From contig CDLV01000006.1 of assembly GCA_001244265.2 (NCBI GenBank), forward strand, positions 1,922,001 through 1,986,000: a stretch of 64,000 bases of DNA, written 5' to 3'. The position numbers were made by a program, and so were the translations under genes. The DNA is from Microbotryum violaceum (lineage: Eukaryota). The notes beneath the pieces were generated by a model. That model did not search any database, was not told the DNA's origin, and worked only from the letters and a program-made list of their open reading frames with translations. Positions 37,711-51,241 of the stretch are shown here, one piece after another; position 1 is the first letter of the stretch; the number at the start of each line of letters is the position of its first letter.

Positions 37711-39302
37711 ATGGTGTCGTCGAGCACCTCACGGAATACGGGCAGGAGACCACGTCGTGTACGGCTGCCCCGCGCTCGGACAGGGCTGCTCCGGCTGCTG
37801 CTCGCCGCGGTGGTGCTGAGCGCGTTCGTGTTCGTCGCGGTCGAGGGCAAGGGCCAGGGCAAAACCGGCAAGAAGGCCGCCGCCAAGGCCAAGGCAGCAG
37901 CGGCAGCAGCAGGAGGCACCATCGCAGCCAACACCGCCAAGAGTGGACCGCCAAAGTCCAAGCGAGGCAACACGGAGAAAACAGTGCCGTTGAGGACCCA
38001 TTCTCTCTATGCGCGTACGTGCGCCGAGCCGGCTCCCATCTAACGTGGCCGTAATGGTGGTCTACGCAGCCGCCTCCTCGGCTGCCGTGACCGCGAGCTG
38101 CTGTGGACCATGCGACGCAGTGCATTCGTATCGCACACTCTGACATTGTGCTTTGTACGTTCCATGACCCAGCCTACGTCGACTCGGACCTGCAGAACCG
38201 CTGGTTCGACTTTGGCGGCTCGACCATCATCAACACGAACAAGCACGTACGGCTCACGCAGGACCGTGCATCCCAGGCCGGATGGCTGTGGTCCCGTCTC
38301 GCGCTCGCGCCCAACTCGTTCGAGGTCGAGTTCGAGTTTAGGGTCGACGGCAAGAGCTCGACGCTGTACGGTGATGGGTTCGCCATGTGGTTCACCAAGG
38401 CCCGTGCCGGGACCGGGCCTGCGTTTGGCAGTGCCGATTATTGGGAAGGCCTCGGCATCTTTTTCGATACCTAGTCAGTGTTGTCCCCATTTCGGGGCGA
38501 TATCACCGCGAACTGACTCTTTCCTCTGCATGACCTGCGCAGCGCCAACTCGAGGCACTCTTACTCGTTCCCTCGAATCTACGCCATCAAGAACGACGGC
38601 ACAAAGGCCTATGAGGTCGGCAAGGATGGGCAGAGCCAAGAGATCGGAGGGTGCTCGGTGAGTGGGAAACGTCAAGGTGTGATACCCAGGTGGCTGCAGT
38701 TGGTCGTGGCTGATGATGACACCGAACATCAGCTCGACTTCCGAAGAACAGACGTGACCGCCAAAGGTCGCTTCACCTACTTTCGCGGCAAATTCACAGA
38801 GGTCAGTTCTCTGAGCGACTCTGGAATGAAATCAGTCAATAAAACTGATGACTGAAACGTGCCTCGTTCCTACCCCGTCTCTCCAGCTCGCGATCCAGCA
38901 TGACAAGTGGGATCAATGGACAACGTGTTTTGTGCTCGACGGGTTCGAGCTGCCTGCAAACCCTTTCCTCGGCTTCAGCGCCTTGACGGGAGACGTATCC
39001 GGTCAGTATTCTCACTTCCTGGTTCGAGCACAATTCCTAACCTCATGTCTGACGGTCTATCACAATATCCTTTCAAAACAGACGCGCACGACATCATCTC
39101 CATCACGACCTCCAACATCGCGTATCACCCGCCTTCGGTCGAAAACAGCAATCGACCTCCAGGGTTGCGAGGCATCCCGGGCAAAGCCTTTCTTAGCTTC
39201 ATTGGGCGCTTGCTTAAGTGGTTCGTCTTTTTGGCGATGATCGCCGCGGCTTGGATCGGCTACAAGAATTGGAAAAAGACCAAGAACCACAAGCGGTTCT
39301 AG
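37711..39302 (+). CDS. L-type (legume-like) lectin cargo receptor, VIP36/ERGIC-53 family
   Basis: Hydrophobic signal segment, LRTHSLYAP|YVDSDLQNRWFDFGG, GDGFAMW, GLGIFFDT, FLGFSALTGDVSDAHDI, a C-terminal TM segment and a KRF tail. Confidence 0.92.
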
Positions 39303-39557
39303 AGGGACGAAAGGAGGGGTGCCTCTGAATGGAGGGGGGGCAGAGTACGATTGTACGCGACACTGCCTTTTCCGGCTGTAGATTCGAGCAGGGTCCGAAG
39401 CTGGATGAGAGGCAAGGGCTGGGAGGGCATGTTACGTTTGCATGGGTCTGTTCTCGCTCCTGACCTAGAACCGGTAGAAGGACGCTCGGCGCTCCGAGTC
39501 TCATGCTCGAAATGGTGCAGTTCGCGCCGCGTGTTGTCTTGTGACTACAGATCCCAC

Positions 39558-41229
39558 TTATTTCGCTTCCCAAACATGCAACATGTGATCATAAAATGAG
39601 CAACTCGCGACCACATCCCCTGCCTCCTCTTCCTCCCCTTTCCTATTGAAAGATCTCGCCCAATCGACACCGTAAGCCAAACTCTCATGCCCATCGAACC
39701 TAGTCTTCAACACACACTCCCCTTTCCCTTCCCCCATCCCCTCTCCAAATTCAATGATTTTGAACCCATCATGCATGCACGCGACGAGCAGACGATCGAC
39801 TTGCTCGCGATGCCATTTCAATCGCCAGATCCCACCCCCCGCATCGTAAGTCGTCAAAGGGACGAGGGGTTTCCGTTTATCGAACAGACGGATTTGGGCG
39901 TCGTAGGATCCGACGACGAAGAGGTGGTCGAGGTTCGGGTGCGATTGGATCGAGGTGACCCCGCCTTCGAAGCTGTGGGTGGATCGGAATCAGGTGTTTC
40001 GGCGGTTGAGCTAGGTTAAAATAGGGGCGGTGGTTGTTCGCTCTCGCCCTCTGAGGAATGGTAACGTACCGCTTGTTGACAAAGGTAGGTGAGGCACAAC
40101 CTTGTCTCAGATCCCATCCTTTGAGCTTCAGGTCGTCACCCCCTGATCAGTTGATCGTAAACTCTCAAACCGTCAATGACCCCGGCGGCCACAAGACCGA
40201 CCCCCAAAAAGCTGTTGCCCGAGGCGACGTACCCGTCCATACCGTATTCGGTTCCCAGCCATCAAATGCGGCAATCCAAGCCTCATAATCATGCGCTTGC
40301 CAAGTATCGAGCACTTGCAGACCTCCTATACCTTCAGGCGAAGCTGCTGAGTCCAAGGTCGCGGCTAATGTGCAAATTTCTCCGGATGAGAGGGAGACCA
40401 CGAGATCGGCTGGTCTGAGAGGGGAAAGGTGGGGGAGGGTGACGTGAGATGAAAGAAGAGAGAGGGGGCGATTGGTCAGCATTGATCAGGGAGCGGACAG
40501 CTATAGATCGGACTCACCCTTTCCGAGCGTTCCGGGTCGACCAATCGAGAGAGAGGCACAGTGTCGATTCCAAAGTACATGCCAACGTTTCCAAATGTGA
40601 GAGTCGGTTCTGCAGCAAACACCAACAATTCGTCAGGATTCACCTAGAACTATAAATAAAAACGGAGAGAAGAATCATTTCCGGACCGGCGCCTCCCCAA
40701 AGCCATGGAGTTGCACGTGACCTTTGGCGTCGGCGATGGCCAACGTTGTTCGGCCTCGATAAGGCATGGGCGACCTATGATCGTCCTCCTCCAAGCCATC
40801 AGCAAAAAAGGGTGACAGTACAGTATCGAACCGACCGTACTGACCACTTCATATCCAAGATCGCCGGACCATCAAATCGCTGAAGTTCGGTCCTACGACC
40901 GACGCGAAAGGAGGAGAGGTCAGCGAAGACACACTCGCACCGTCCCACAACGCAGCTCGAACTCACAATTTAGAACCCTTCCGATCAAAATGATACAATA
41001 GACACCTTCCATAGCGCGTGATAGGAGGCGAGGAACCCTTGTCCTCCTGTTCACCGCCCTCCTCGTCGTCCTCTGCGGATCCGTCCCTCTTCCTCAGCGC
41101 CTCTCCCATCGTCTCTTGTTGAACCTGATACGTCCCGCAGACGAAAAGGTCATTTTCCGGATCGGGATGGAATTCAATCGCGTCGGCTGAATAGACGGTA
41201 TCGCATGATGCGAGCGAACGGGCTTGCAT
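39558..41229 (-). CDS. DPH7: Diphthine methylesterase (WD40; WDR85/RRT2)
   Basis: YSADAIEF..FVCGTYQ, WQAHDYEAWIAAF, GGGIWRLKWH, ACMHDGF, HESLAYGVDW and VASCSFYDH. Confidence 0.92.
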
Positions 41230-41594
41230 CGCACCCCGAATGAAGGATGAGTAAGAAGCTCGCGCGGGCGAGAGCATGAGAGAGCAGGTCAAGCGGACTC
41301 AAGAGTGGACCGAATCGACTCTCAAATCACAACCACTCGTTCCCTGCAAGAAGATCTATATCTCTTCAGCCAAAAAACCAGCACCAAACAAGAGACTCGA
41401 CCAAGAAAACGAAGAGATGTAATCGGAACCCAAAACAAACAAATGAAAAAAGGACACGAGCCTATCCAGGGGAAGAAAGATCTATATAATGCTCAACACA
41501 AACCCATTACACTTCTTCCCCGCAAAGAGCATTTTCAAAAAATAAGGCAAGTATTTCATCATCTACTCGCCTTCGCACACGACCCCACGTCCGC

Positions 41595-43351
41595 TCATTT
41601 ACGGCCCGCAATCCATTCCTTGACGACGTCGGCGAACGAGACCATGCACACCGTCTGCCAGATGCCCAAGCCGATACGGGGCGTCACACCGCGGTAGAGA
41701 CCCTTGAGACCGTTCTCCTTGTAGATGTACGATAAGGTGTTAAGCACGGTTGCCTTGCCGGGTTGGCCTGCGCGCTTGCCCTTGGCCATGGATTGCATCT
41801 GAGGAGGTGGGGGTAGGAAGGTTGAATTGGCTAGCCCTCCTGTGGAGGCGTGGCCTTCAATGCAGGTGGACTCACCTCGACTCGTACGACTTCAATCGGT
41901 TGGTTCCAGCACCCCAAAGCACCACCAATGGTCGAAGCGGCGATACGGTCCATCGCTCCCAATCGTTCGCTCTCGGGCACACCACGCGCCTTGCGGATCG
42001 ATTGCTCGGCGAGACGAGCGAATCCCATGCTAATTGGTGAATTCGGCGAGGAAAGGGCAGAGTGTCAGTTGCGTCGTGATATGAAAGGGATGAGATGCAG
42101 TCGTCCCCAATCAGGTGAACTGACCGAGATCCCCAATTGGTCATCTGACGAAGCGCGACAGCGTTGACACCCTGGTTGATACGGCGGAGACCACCCTCAC
42201 GCCACATGTCACCAAAGAGCTTGAAGCTGTACAGCGCGGTAATCCAAGGACGGAACGTCAGCTTTGCATTGAGGGAGAAGAGGGGTTGAGAACGTACGTC
42301 GAAGGGGGCTTGACACCACCGGCGACGAGCTTACTCCTCGTGATCTCGGCCGTCTTCATGCACGTGCAGAAACCTATGAGCAGTATCAAATTTGTATGGC
42401 TAGGTCAGCAATGTGTGGGGGGAAATACCTGCTTGCTGCTTTCTCTGAAGCTTGACAACGCGTGAGAGCCACGAGAGCGAGAGTGGAAAGCAGGACTCAA
42501 CCCATGGTCGCATAAGCTTGGGCAACACCACCCCCCATACCACCTAGCAGTCCGGCCACACCGGGGGAGATGCCCGAGTTGACGGCAAAGCCTTCGATCT
42601 CGGCCGCGGTGAAGAGCAAGACGGCGCCTTTGGTCGAGGCTTCAATCCATGCCCAGGGAATCAGACCTTGGTAGACTGCGACGGACGGAAGGGAGGATGT
42701 GAGTGAAAGAGCGTTGCAAAGCATGGGTACTGTACGTGGCACTTACAGCCCAACACACCACCTCGACCCCACACCTTCCTGAGCGCCTGGCCCATGGTGT
42801 CGGTTCGCGCCGAGGCCATTTGGGTCTTGATCACTTCGAGCGGTTGGCCCAACGTCGTGACCTATTCCATTCGGATGCCCACATGGCATTCGGTGGTGAG
42901 GTTGTGGTGCACGAGGTGAAGACGATTCGATCGAGAGACGGAGCAATCGGCGGCCGTGATACGTGTCAGAGAGAGCGCGCGGCGCGGCGGAGTTTGAGAC
43001 GGAGAACGGAGGTGACGGGCAGCGCCGCGCCGGAGAAACAGCGATTGGAAAAGGAGAGGCGAATGAAACCAAGATTGTCAGTCAGCACTTGGACCGGACA
43101 AGAACCCGTTGTCAAGCTCGGCACTGACCTCGAACATGTTCATCACACCACCGACTGTGCAGCGTGAGCACGGCGCGGGGCGGGCGTTGGGAATCCATCC
43201 AGTCAGCTTCAAGTCAGCTCCGCGCCTGCGCGCTCCTCCCCAGCCGAGCACCAGCTGAGTCACACGAGGACTACTGACCAGCGATGTTGGACCAGGCGAT
43301 CGGTCGTCGTTCTCCCTTCTTGAGAGGGGCTTGAGCTGCCATAGGTGCCAT
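41595..43351 (-). CDS. YHM2: Mitochondrial citrate/oxoglutarate carrier
   Basis: [64 protein letters not shown] and [17 protein letters not shown]. Confidence 0.93.
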
Positions 43352-44033
43352 GATCGGTAGAGATAGGGTGGTGGGTTCGTGGGATGGGTTATCGAACAAG
43401 CGGAGGGGCGACGGGAGTGGGAGTGGGGGAAGCGAGAGTTGAACGTTGAAGTTGAACGTTGAGGCCGTTGAGGCGCGAGAGCACACGTCTAATCTCGTCT
43501 AATTGGGGAAAGCCAAACCCGTTCAACTCGCCGACGCCCGAGAGTCACATGCCTCTCAGCATAGGTTATTTCCAACTTTATTCTCTCAAAAAAAAAAACC
43601 CTTGAGAATTGTCGTCCATTTCGGATCACATGTATTGTGCAACATAAAAAATCGTACCCGTATCGCAGATCCGGGGCTCTCTCGGCCCAGCCATTTCGCG
43701 TACCTCCACCAGCCTGGTCCATTCGTTCGATTTGTGTAGGTCCGGACGAGACACAAGATCGTTCGGTCGCCATCGTTTGAGGAGAAAGCTTCTGTCTTAC
43801 TTCTGCTTTGTTCTTGTTTGGGTGGGCTCCACCCTGCAGCCTTGTGGTCAAGATGGTGTATCCCGTGAACAGTTTTCGCCCTGCCCCAAAACGATCTCAT
43901 CTCGGAAAAACCAGTTATTTCGGTCAGATCCTCTCCAAACGGTCCCACACTGCTTCTTTCACGCCTCGTTACAGTTACAGTTACATACACACACGAAACA
44001 ACCCGACTACCCTCCTCGACCCTTCTCTTCTCT

Positions 44034-44905
44034 TTACCGCCTCAACAAGAGGTACACGTTTTCGCCGACGGTGACGTTGGAGACATGTCGGTAACTCCCC
44101 GACAAAGCCATCAAGAGACCACCGAACGAGGCGTAGGCCGTGACGCGTTCTTGCGTGTCTTGGTCGAATTTGTACACCTAGAGACGTCGGGAGGGAGAGG
44201 GGAGAGGGGTGAGGGATGAGAGTTGGAAAGGGGTGAGTTTTCCTGCCGGCGGAAGTTCCCGCTCTTGTGGGAATGCAATGCAATAAACCCGTTACTCGCC
44301 TTGCCATACATGACGTATTCCCACTCATCGGCAATTCCACCTTCGATCCCTGCCCTCCATCCTCCTGCGGTCTCCTTCTCCCCCTCGGGCAAGAGCGACG
44401 AGGTGAGCGCGAGCGTGAAGGTCGTTTGGGGCGTGATGGGAAGGAGATCGATGTTGACCTGTTTCAAGGGAGTGATCAGGAGAGTTGGCTGGCTCTAGAC
44501 GACCGCGAGAGATGGCCGAGGGGAGATTCTCACGTCGAGTGTCAGGTCCATGTCGTAGTTGGACGAACGAGCTGTCAGTCGCGAGACTGCGAGGGGGAAA
44601 GAATGGAACATGCCAGTGTCAGGCAGCGGAATCAGACCGGTTTCATCTTGTTATACGTACCACGATCAAACTTTTTGCCATCTATCGTTGACGATGAAGG
44701 CAATACGTGGGGGTAATGACGGGCGGTAGACGAAAAATACGTCGGCCATGATCGACGTCGCGAGTGAAGCCAACGAAAGTGAAGAGCGAACGTCAGCGCT
44801 GTGATGGACGTGTCGGTGTGATATGATAGCCTGCGTACCCCTGTCCACGTCGGTGGTGGTGAACATATCTTGGAAGAGAAACGCGGAGGTCTGCGACGAG
44901 CTCAT
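44034..44905 (-). CDS. RPB8: RNA polymerase I/II/III shared subunit RPABC3
   Basis: LFQDMFT..DVD, KFDRVSRL, MDLTLDVN, and ADEWEYVMYGK|VYKF...AYASFGGLLMAL. GC-AG intron at 44178-44299. Confidence 0.96.
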
Positions 44906-45148
44906 GGTGGACCGAAGCTGGGGGGGGGTTGAGCTGTGGGGGACTATGCAGCAGTACCGGTATCAGCGATAAAGGTCCTTGTGGATGTTGCAAGTCTTGA
45001 GATCGTACCTGCGAGGGTGGGAACGCGCGATATGCTATGCCAAGCGGTCGTCAAGTGGTGATCGAATGTGATGCGCAGAAGCCGGCAGGAGCTGCAGGGA
45101 GCTGCTGGCAGGAGCGGAGCTCAACTTGTTGCGAAGTGCCCGCCGCTC

Positions 45149-45152
45149 CTCT

Positions 45153-45187
<35 letters not shown>
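45149..45187. repeat. (CT)n microsatellite in the RPB8/neighbour divergent promoter
   Basis: CT dinucleotide run with one interruption. Confidence 0.9.
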
Positions 45188-45246
45188 GCTTCCGGCGCTC
45201 ATCCTCGGGACTTCCTCGGGCGCGCGCAATTCGGCATTACCCAAGC

Positions 45247-46141
45247 ATGTCTTTCCTCACACCCGCAACGAGACGAGCAACCACAGCCGCAAACAAATCT
45301 TGTCGTACCTGTAGAGCCGCTCAGATCGCCTCCAGCACCCGTCCTACCCCCCGGATCCGTCGTGCCTACTCCACATCCTCAAGCACCTCCCCTCCTTCCG
45401 ACCCACTCTCCTCCTCGGGTCCACCCCCCTCCCGCTTCTTCACCCTCTCGACCCTCTATCCGTTTCTCCTCCTCAGCATCACCACCTCTCTCGCCATAAA
45501 TCTCCGTTCGTCAAGGAATGCGAATGCCACCCAAGTCGCTCATCTGAATGCCCACATCTCGATCTTGGAACGCACTCTGGAACATATAACGTCTACGAAA
45601 GGCGGTTGGCAGGGGTTGACCGAGCAGGAACGAATACGGATAGAAAGGGAGTTGCAATCGATTGGCTTGCGGGAGAGCGGGGAGAAGGATCGACCGGAAT
45701 CCGAGCACACGGGGGAAACGAGTTGGAGCGAAGTGTTTTTTGGCAACAAGGAGAAGAGGTATCAGGCGAGGCAGGCGACGGATGATGACACCGATTGGGA
45801 ACAGGGTCAGTTTGGGGTGTTTGTTGTGTTTGGGGACTGGACGATGACGGAGGAGATGAGCTGATCAAGAGAGGGCCACTCACGTGTGGGGGTGTGTGGG
45901 GGAAATTGGTAACACAGTTTTCAAACAGGCCGACCAGGACGAGATCAACCGGGTCGCCAAGGACCAAAAGCGCAAGAATGCATCCACAAACGCATCGCCC
46001 TCGAGTATATCAGCTGTCAACACTCTGACAGATCACGGCTCAACACGCCAGAGTACAGCGCCACCACTTGGGTCCTCCAACCAACCCACGTCGTTGGAAA
46101 CCAGGAAACCCCCTCCTGCTGCATCTGCAATCTATCTCTAA
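45247..46141 (+). CDS. Unknown, probably mitochondrial single-pass membrane protein
   Basis: Arg/Ser/Thr-rich, acid-free N-terminus ending RRAYS (presequence-like), TM segment LYPFLLLSITTSLAINL, a short coiled coil, and one intron. Confidence 0.65.
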
Positions 46142-46209
46142 AGGTTGTATCAACCAAGCACCTTTTGCACACGTCTCACGAGCGCAACATGAGATCACCC
46201 TTCGACCCT

Positions 46210-48142
46210 TCAGTCTATCTCCATCCCTAATTCCTCCCAAACGTTCTCCAAAGCCTCCCTCCCTAGGGCGATCCATACCCATTCCCCTTCGTCCCCATCC
46301 TCCTCCTCCTCCTCCTCCTGATCGTCCTCACCTTCTTCCACGACCTGCTTGGGCCTGTTCATCGAGCCTCGCACGACGTTGTGGTCCCTAAATTCAGCCA
46401 GGAGTCCATCGACTTGGTCGTTGTGTGCCGCTAGGAGGCGATCCGTCGCGAGTTCTTTGAATCTAAAAGCGGGAAAAGAATAGGAGTCAGTGGGATTCGT
46501 GAAAGAGGTTTCCGAATTCGAGGCTCGCGCACTTGTCCAACAGGATCGCGCAACCCGGTGCCCGGCCTCCACCCCCACCTCCGCCTCCTCCCGCAACGCC
46601 GACTTTGTCCTCCCCTTTCCTAGCCCTCATTAGCTCCAACTGTTGACACGCCAAGAGGTTGAAGATACTCTTGGCTCGATCCGTGACCGAAGCCAAGACG
46701 TGGCGCGTCGACTGCACGAGCGACGACGTGGAAGGGTCTAGGGTCGAACTTAGAGGGAAAATCGTCGAAGGGAAGAGACGGGACAGGGTGCCGTTGTGCA
46801 GGACTTCTGTCGTATAAGGTTGTCGAGTCGAGGCCTCTTGGTAGAGAAAAGTAAAGGAGCGTACGTTGAGGTTCGCTTGATGCCGTTTGAGGTTTGGCGG
46901 TGGTCGAGTCGCTGCCAATGCGGTGGGAAAGAGGAGACCACTTCGGACGTGGTCGATGGAGGCGACGAAGTGGAGGCGGGGCTGGGAAGCGAGCAGAGCG
47001 AGGATGGAGAGAGATTTCGAAGCTCGAAGGCTAGGTGCGTCGAGGCTGTGGACAACGAGGTAGATGTCGAGCAAAGCGGAGGGTGCCGAAGCAAGCGAAT
47101 GTGCGAAACGCTGGGCCCGGGCTTCGATCGCCGAGGTCGAACCTGAGATGACGAGGGTCGCGTCGCTCGAATCATTTGTCGTGGCTTTGGCTTTGCCCTT
47201 CCTTTTGGTCGGAGCAGCGAGGGACTTGGCCGAAGGCTTGTGACCCGATCGCGTCGTCGGGATCGCCTCGAGCAAGTCTTGCCGGATCGCCTCTTTGACG
47301 ATCTCCTCCAAAGCGGTCAGAACGTCCTGCAAAGTTGTCGAAGGATCGTAGCCATTGACGACGACGACGGGACCAAACCTCGTCGACACCTCTTCGGCGA
47401 ACCGGTTCAGGAGCGGGATCTTGCTCCCGACGCCGTGGACCAGGTAGTTGAAGCCTTGCTTCATGTACCAGACCCAGGTGGCGAAGCACCGCAGCGACAG
47501 CTTGTCAAGCGTCGCTTGCAACGAGGCATGGTACGCGTCCATGGCAGGGGCGGTGTCCGAAGCGTGCAGTACCGACAGGTACGAGTCGTGCGTGAAGGGT
47601 TCGTCAACGTGGGCCGAGAGGAGGTTGTCCGAGGTTCTGGAGGTCATCGACGAGGCGAGCAGGTAGGCGTCTCCAGAAGATGAAGTGACGAATGAAGGGG
47701 CGTTGAGGTGCGTCGTTTCCTCGGCGGTCTTGGGGGTCCTTCTGCGATTCCTTCTTGTAGGGGTTGAAGGTTGGCCTCGATCGGATTTAGGAGGTCGTCG
47801 TTGCCCTTCTTCATCCCCCTCATCGTCATCATCGTCGTCCTCCTCCTCCTCCTCCTCCTCATCCTCCTCCTCTTCTTCCTCCTCCTCCTCTGAGTCCTGC
47901 GCCTGCCCTTGGTCCTCCTCCTCCATCATTTGTGATGGACGACGTGCTCCTCGTACAGATGCGCTCGCAGGGGCCTTCTTGGATCGGGTCGTCGTCGATT
48001 TCGACAGTGGGGAAGGCTTGGTAGGCGAATGAGCAGTCGTGGCCGCCGTCGTCGTTCGCCGTCGTTTACTTCCATTCCCATTCCCGCTCCCACTCCCACT
48101 CCCACTCGCATCGCTCCTGTTCGAGGCTCTAGGGTATGGCAT
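46210..48142 (-). CDS. ORC2: Origin recognition complex subunit 2
   Basis: GFNYLVHGVGSKIPLL, VVVNGY, LVVHSLDAPSLR, FVASIDH, YTTE and LLAEFRDHNVV. Confidence 0.92.
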
Positions 48143-48537
48143 GGTCGTGGATGAATCCCGTCCGAGCCCTCCGGTGTGTAATCAGATCGGAAAGGACGCC
48201 GACAGGGCGGGAAGAGGCGCGATCGGCGCGACGCGACGCGTGGTGAGCGTTCTTTCATGACGCGCGTGTAAGAGTCGAGCTCGAATGCGAGATTTAGAAA
48301 TTCGAGCGATCATTTGCTCGGAGCCACCGAAAACACTCAAACCTTTGAGCTCCTATTACTCATCACCCACCCCGACCGAAAAGGACAGCCTTGTGAGCGG
48401 TGTCGCAGAGCACACCGGCTTCCTTGACTTGGAGGGTTCGAGTGTCGAGACAGCGGTCAACTTTGCTACAGAAACTTATACATGCCGTATTCTTACTGGC
48501 ACTCCGCAGCCCCGCCCTCTCATCCCGTTCGTCAACC

Positions 48538-48685
48538 ATGAGTTCGTCGCAGATCTCCGACTTTAGGCTCTTCCAGGACATATTCACCACCATGGACGGG
48601 GTCAGGTGTACGTACATCATTGGCAACCCTCGTTATCTCATCACAGCAGCCACCGCTTTCCCTTACTCTGCTTGGTCTCACTCGG
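48538..48685 (+). pseudogene. Decayed copy of RPB8 exon 1 plus part of intron 1
   Basis: MSSSQISDFRLFQDIFTTMD versus MSSSQTSAFLFQDMFTTTD. Nucleotide similarity continues into the intron (CATCACAGC...TCACTCG). Confidence 0.8.
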
Positions 48686-48699
48686 AGATTTTCCGATTG

Positions 48700-49309
48700 C
48701 GCCGAAACTTTACCCAACCAGGCTCTCCCGCGACATGTTCCGCGATCCCGCTTCCCCTGACTCTCCTTCTTGCCGCTTCCACCTCCATACTGTCTTCTTC
48801 GTCAGTTTCGGCTTGAGCCTCTGTCGCCCCTACTGCATTGGCGCCAAGGAACTTGTTTACCCACCATCGATACGGTCTGCAAGTCCCGTTTCTTGTGGTG
48901 AGCACAACCACCTCGCAAGGCAAATACTGGCTCTCGTTCCGCGTACGTGCATAATCACAGGGGTGCACATCCACAAGCTCGTTTCGATCGCTGCCCGGTC
49001 ATGCTCCTTCCGATACCCAAACCCGGTCTAAGGTTTGGCTTGTTTCGGCATTGTCGCCTCCGTTGACATCGGACAGAGCTGCTTGGGCTTGGTCCGAGGT
49101 CGAATGATGGTCAGGCTAGACAGGCCAGAAAGGGTAGAGCAGGAAAAGATGAATATGACTACTCCGAGAACGATTTGGCCCATGGTAGTGGGGTGGGTGG
49201 TAGGGCGGAGGGTAGGAACACGGCCGTCAAGGGAGCTCGATCTCGCAAGCGCTGTCGAGTACCATCAAGCAGGTCTGCGATTACGTCGGGCGCTGGGCGG
49301 CGGAGACAT
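48700..49309 (-). pseudogene. Decayed copy of the 45247-46141 gene
   Basis: ATGTCT start and patchy collinear matches (AGATCG..CTCC..CCTACCC; CTCTACCCTTTC = LYPF; AGCCTGACCATC), with stops and frameshifts. Confidence 0.55.
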
Positions 49310-50799
49310 GCCCGCACTACCCTAAAATGACCACAGGCCATGGTTTCCGCTTCTGTTACAGCCCCACTTCAAGAAAATCCCCAGTATAGAAAAGCGAAAA
49401 AACCCGATGCGCCTAAAAGCGATGTCAAATTCGATCGGCCCCGACTGCGGATGAACGCGGACGATTCCTTGGTACACAAAATATGCATTGGGTGTTGTCT
49501 CCGGCAGCATCAGTGAAACTTGAAGCTGCTTCCTTGGGAAAGGGGACGGGGGTAAGCTCAACTAAGCCCTCCTACCTCCACAGTGGAGGGTTTCGAGCTT
49601 AGGGTGGGGGGGGGGGGGGGGGGAATGTTGTCAAGATCCACCCTTTGCTTCGAAGCGTCCCTTCCCGCGGCTTGAAAGTGGTTTGCAGTCTTTTGCCCAT
49701 AACTTTCATCTTACTTTTGAGCACCTTCTGGAGCACCCTGTCGCTCTAATATTCGGACAGCACCTTGACCCGTAGCATCATTCGGCCCTCCGTACTTTAT
49801 CCCCGCGCTCGGCGGCATCACTTCCGCGCTGCATCCATGTTTTTCCCCGAGTGTCGAGTCTTGAGAAGACGGATGGCATAGCCCTTACAGCCCCTACGAA
49901 ACGAGAGGTCAAACCAAAATGAATAACACCGTCAACTGCGACACGACGGAAGGACGGAAAGATCTATCCATCTTGGAAATATCCGCGAATCACAAATGGC
50001 AGACAAAAAAAAGGTGAGACTCCTTTCGGTGGAATGGGAAAGATTCAATTCGACGCGAAGTCAAATTAGGTTGTGGATGTAAAGTTTGCAACTAGCAAAT
50101 GACCTAAGCTCGGTTATAAACCTCACTGCTATAGGTGCTTGCCCGAGCACAAGAATGCCCGAGACAAACCACGACGATTGATCGACAGTGCATAGGGACC
50201 AATTTTGGTAGCGCGCTTGTGGTGCTTTAACCTATGAATCTCGGTCGTTTTCTAGTGCTACCTTTGCAAGTTTGCACACCATCAGAGAGGAGGGTTCTTT
50301 TAGCTGTAAAAGGCGCTAAAACAACTTGGTCTACCTTGCACCTGCGGCATAGTCCTTTATAGTCCGGCCGATGCGACTGACTACAAAGGGCGCTGTTGTG
50401 TGGTGTACGTGTCCGGGTACAGTGACTATAAGTTGGGGCTTGCACTGACTTGTCTGAGTAGTCCTGCTGTACTTAAAAATGAGGCTATAATTGTGTCTTC
50501 GGGATTTAAACAGATATCTCATGCTTAAAGTGGTTGTGTATGTGTGCTTCTTTATGGATGCCTGCTTGCATGTATGCATTCGGACGCTTGCCAGTCGCTT
50601 GCCATGCTTTGACAGGGAGACGGACCGCGGAGCGTTACCACGTCACCGGCGGCGCAGCGGCGCGTCACGCTCTGGCTTCCCGCACCATTTCAAGACAGCG
50701 AACCCCACGAGCCGACGACGACCCCACCCACACTTCAGTCAAGAGGCGTAGAGGTCTCGGCACGGAACAAGAGAAGAGAGCGCATTCGAATAACCAACC

Positions 50800-51241
50800 A
50801 TGGTCAGTCGACAGCTCTCGTCTAATTCTCTGGCACACGCTGAACCCGCCTACTCGGACGATCCAGACGGCTCTCTTCAACTTTGAATCGCTGTTGCTCG
50901 TGATCCTGCTCATCATCTGCACGTGCACCTACGTACGAGCGACCGCGCCTGACTTGGTCGATCGCAACAAGGATGGGTGAGCAAGCCTTGTACAAGCACT
51001 CGGGGGGCCCCCAGAGGAGGATTCGTTCGGAAGCTGATCTGTGTGGACTTGCTTTCTCGGGTGGCAGTTTCCTCGGCGTCTTTTACAAATGTGCACGGAT
51101 AGGTGAGCACACGTACTTGCGGCTCTATCGTGCTCAAAATGGCCACTGAGCTCGGTTTCTGTGCTTTCGATAGGGGAACGACTGAGTCCATATGTGGCAT
51201 TGGCGTTGACGGTCGTCGCGTTCCAGATACTACTGCAGTGA
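50800..51241 (+). CDS. KSH1: Protein kish (TMEM167)
   Basis: [26 protein letters not shown]...[20 protein letters not shown]. The first coding exon is only the ATG. Confidence 0.95.

Noticed and set aside
49322-50600. Short ORFs in the ORC2-KSH1 intergenic region
   Set aside because: No recognisable domain or consistent exon chain.
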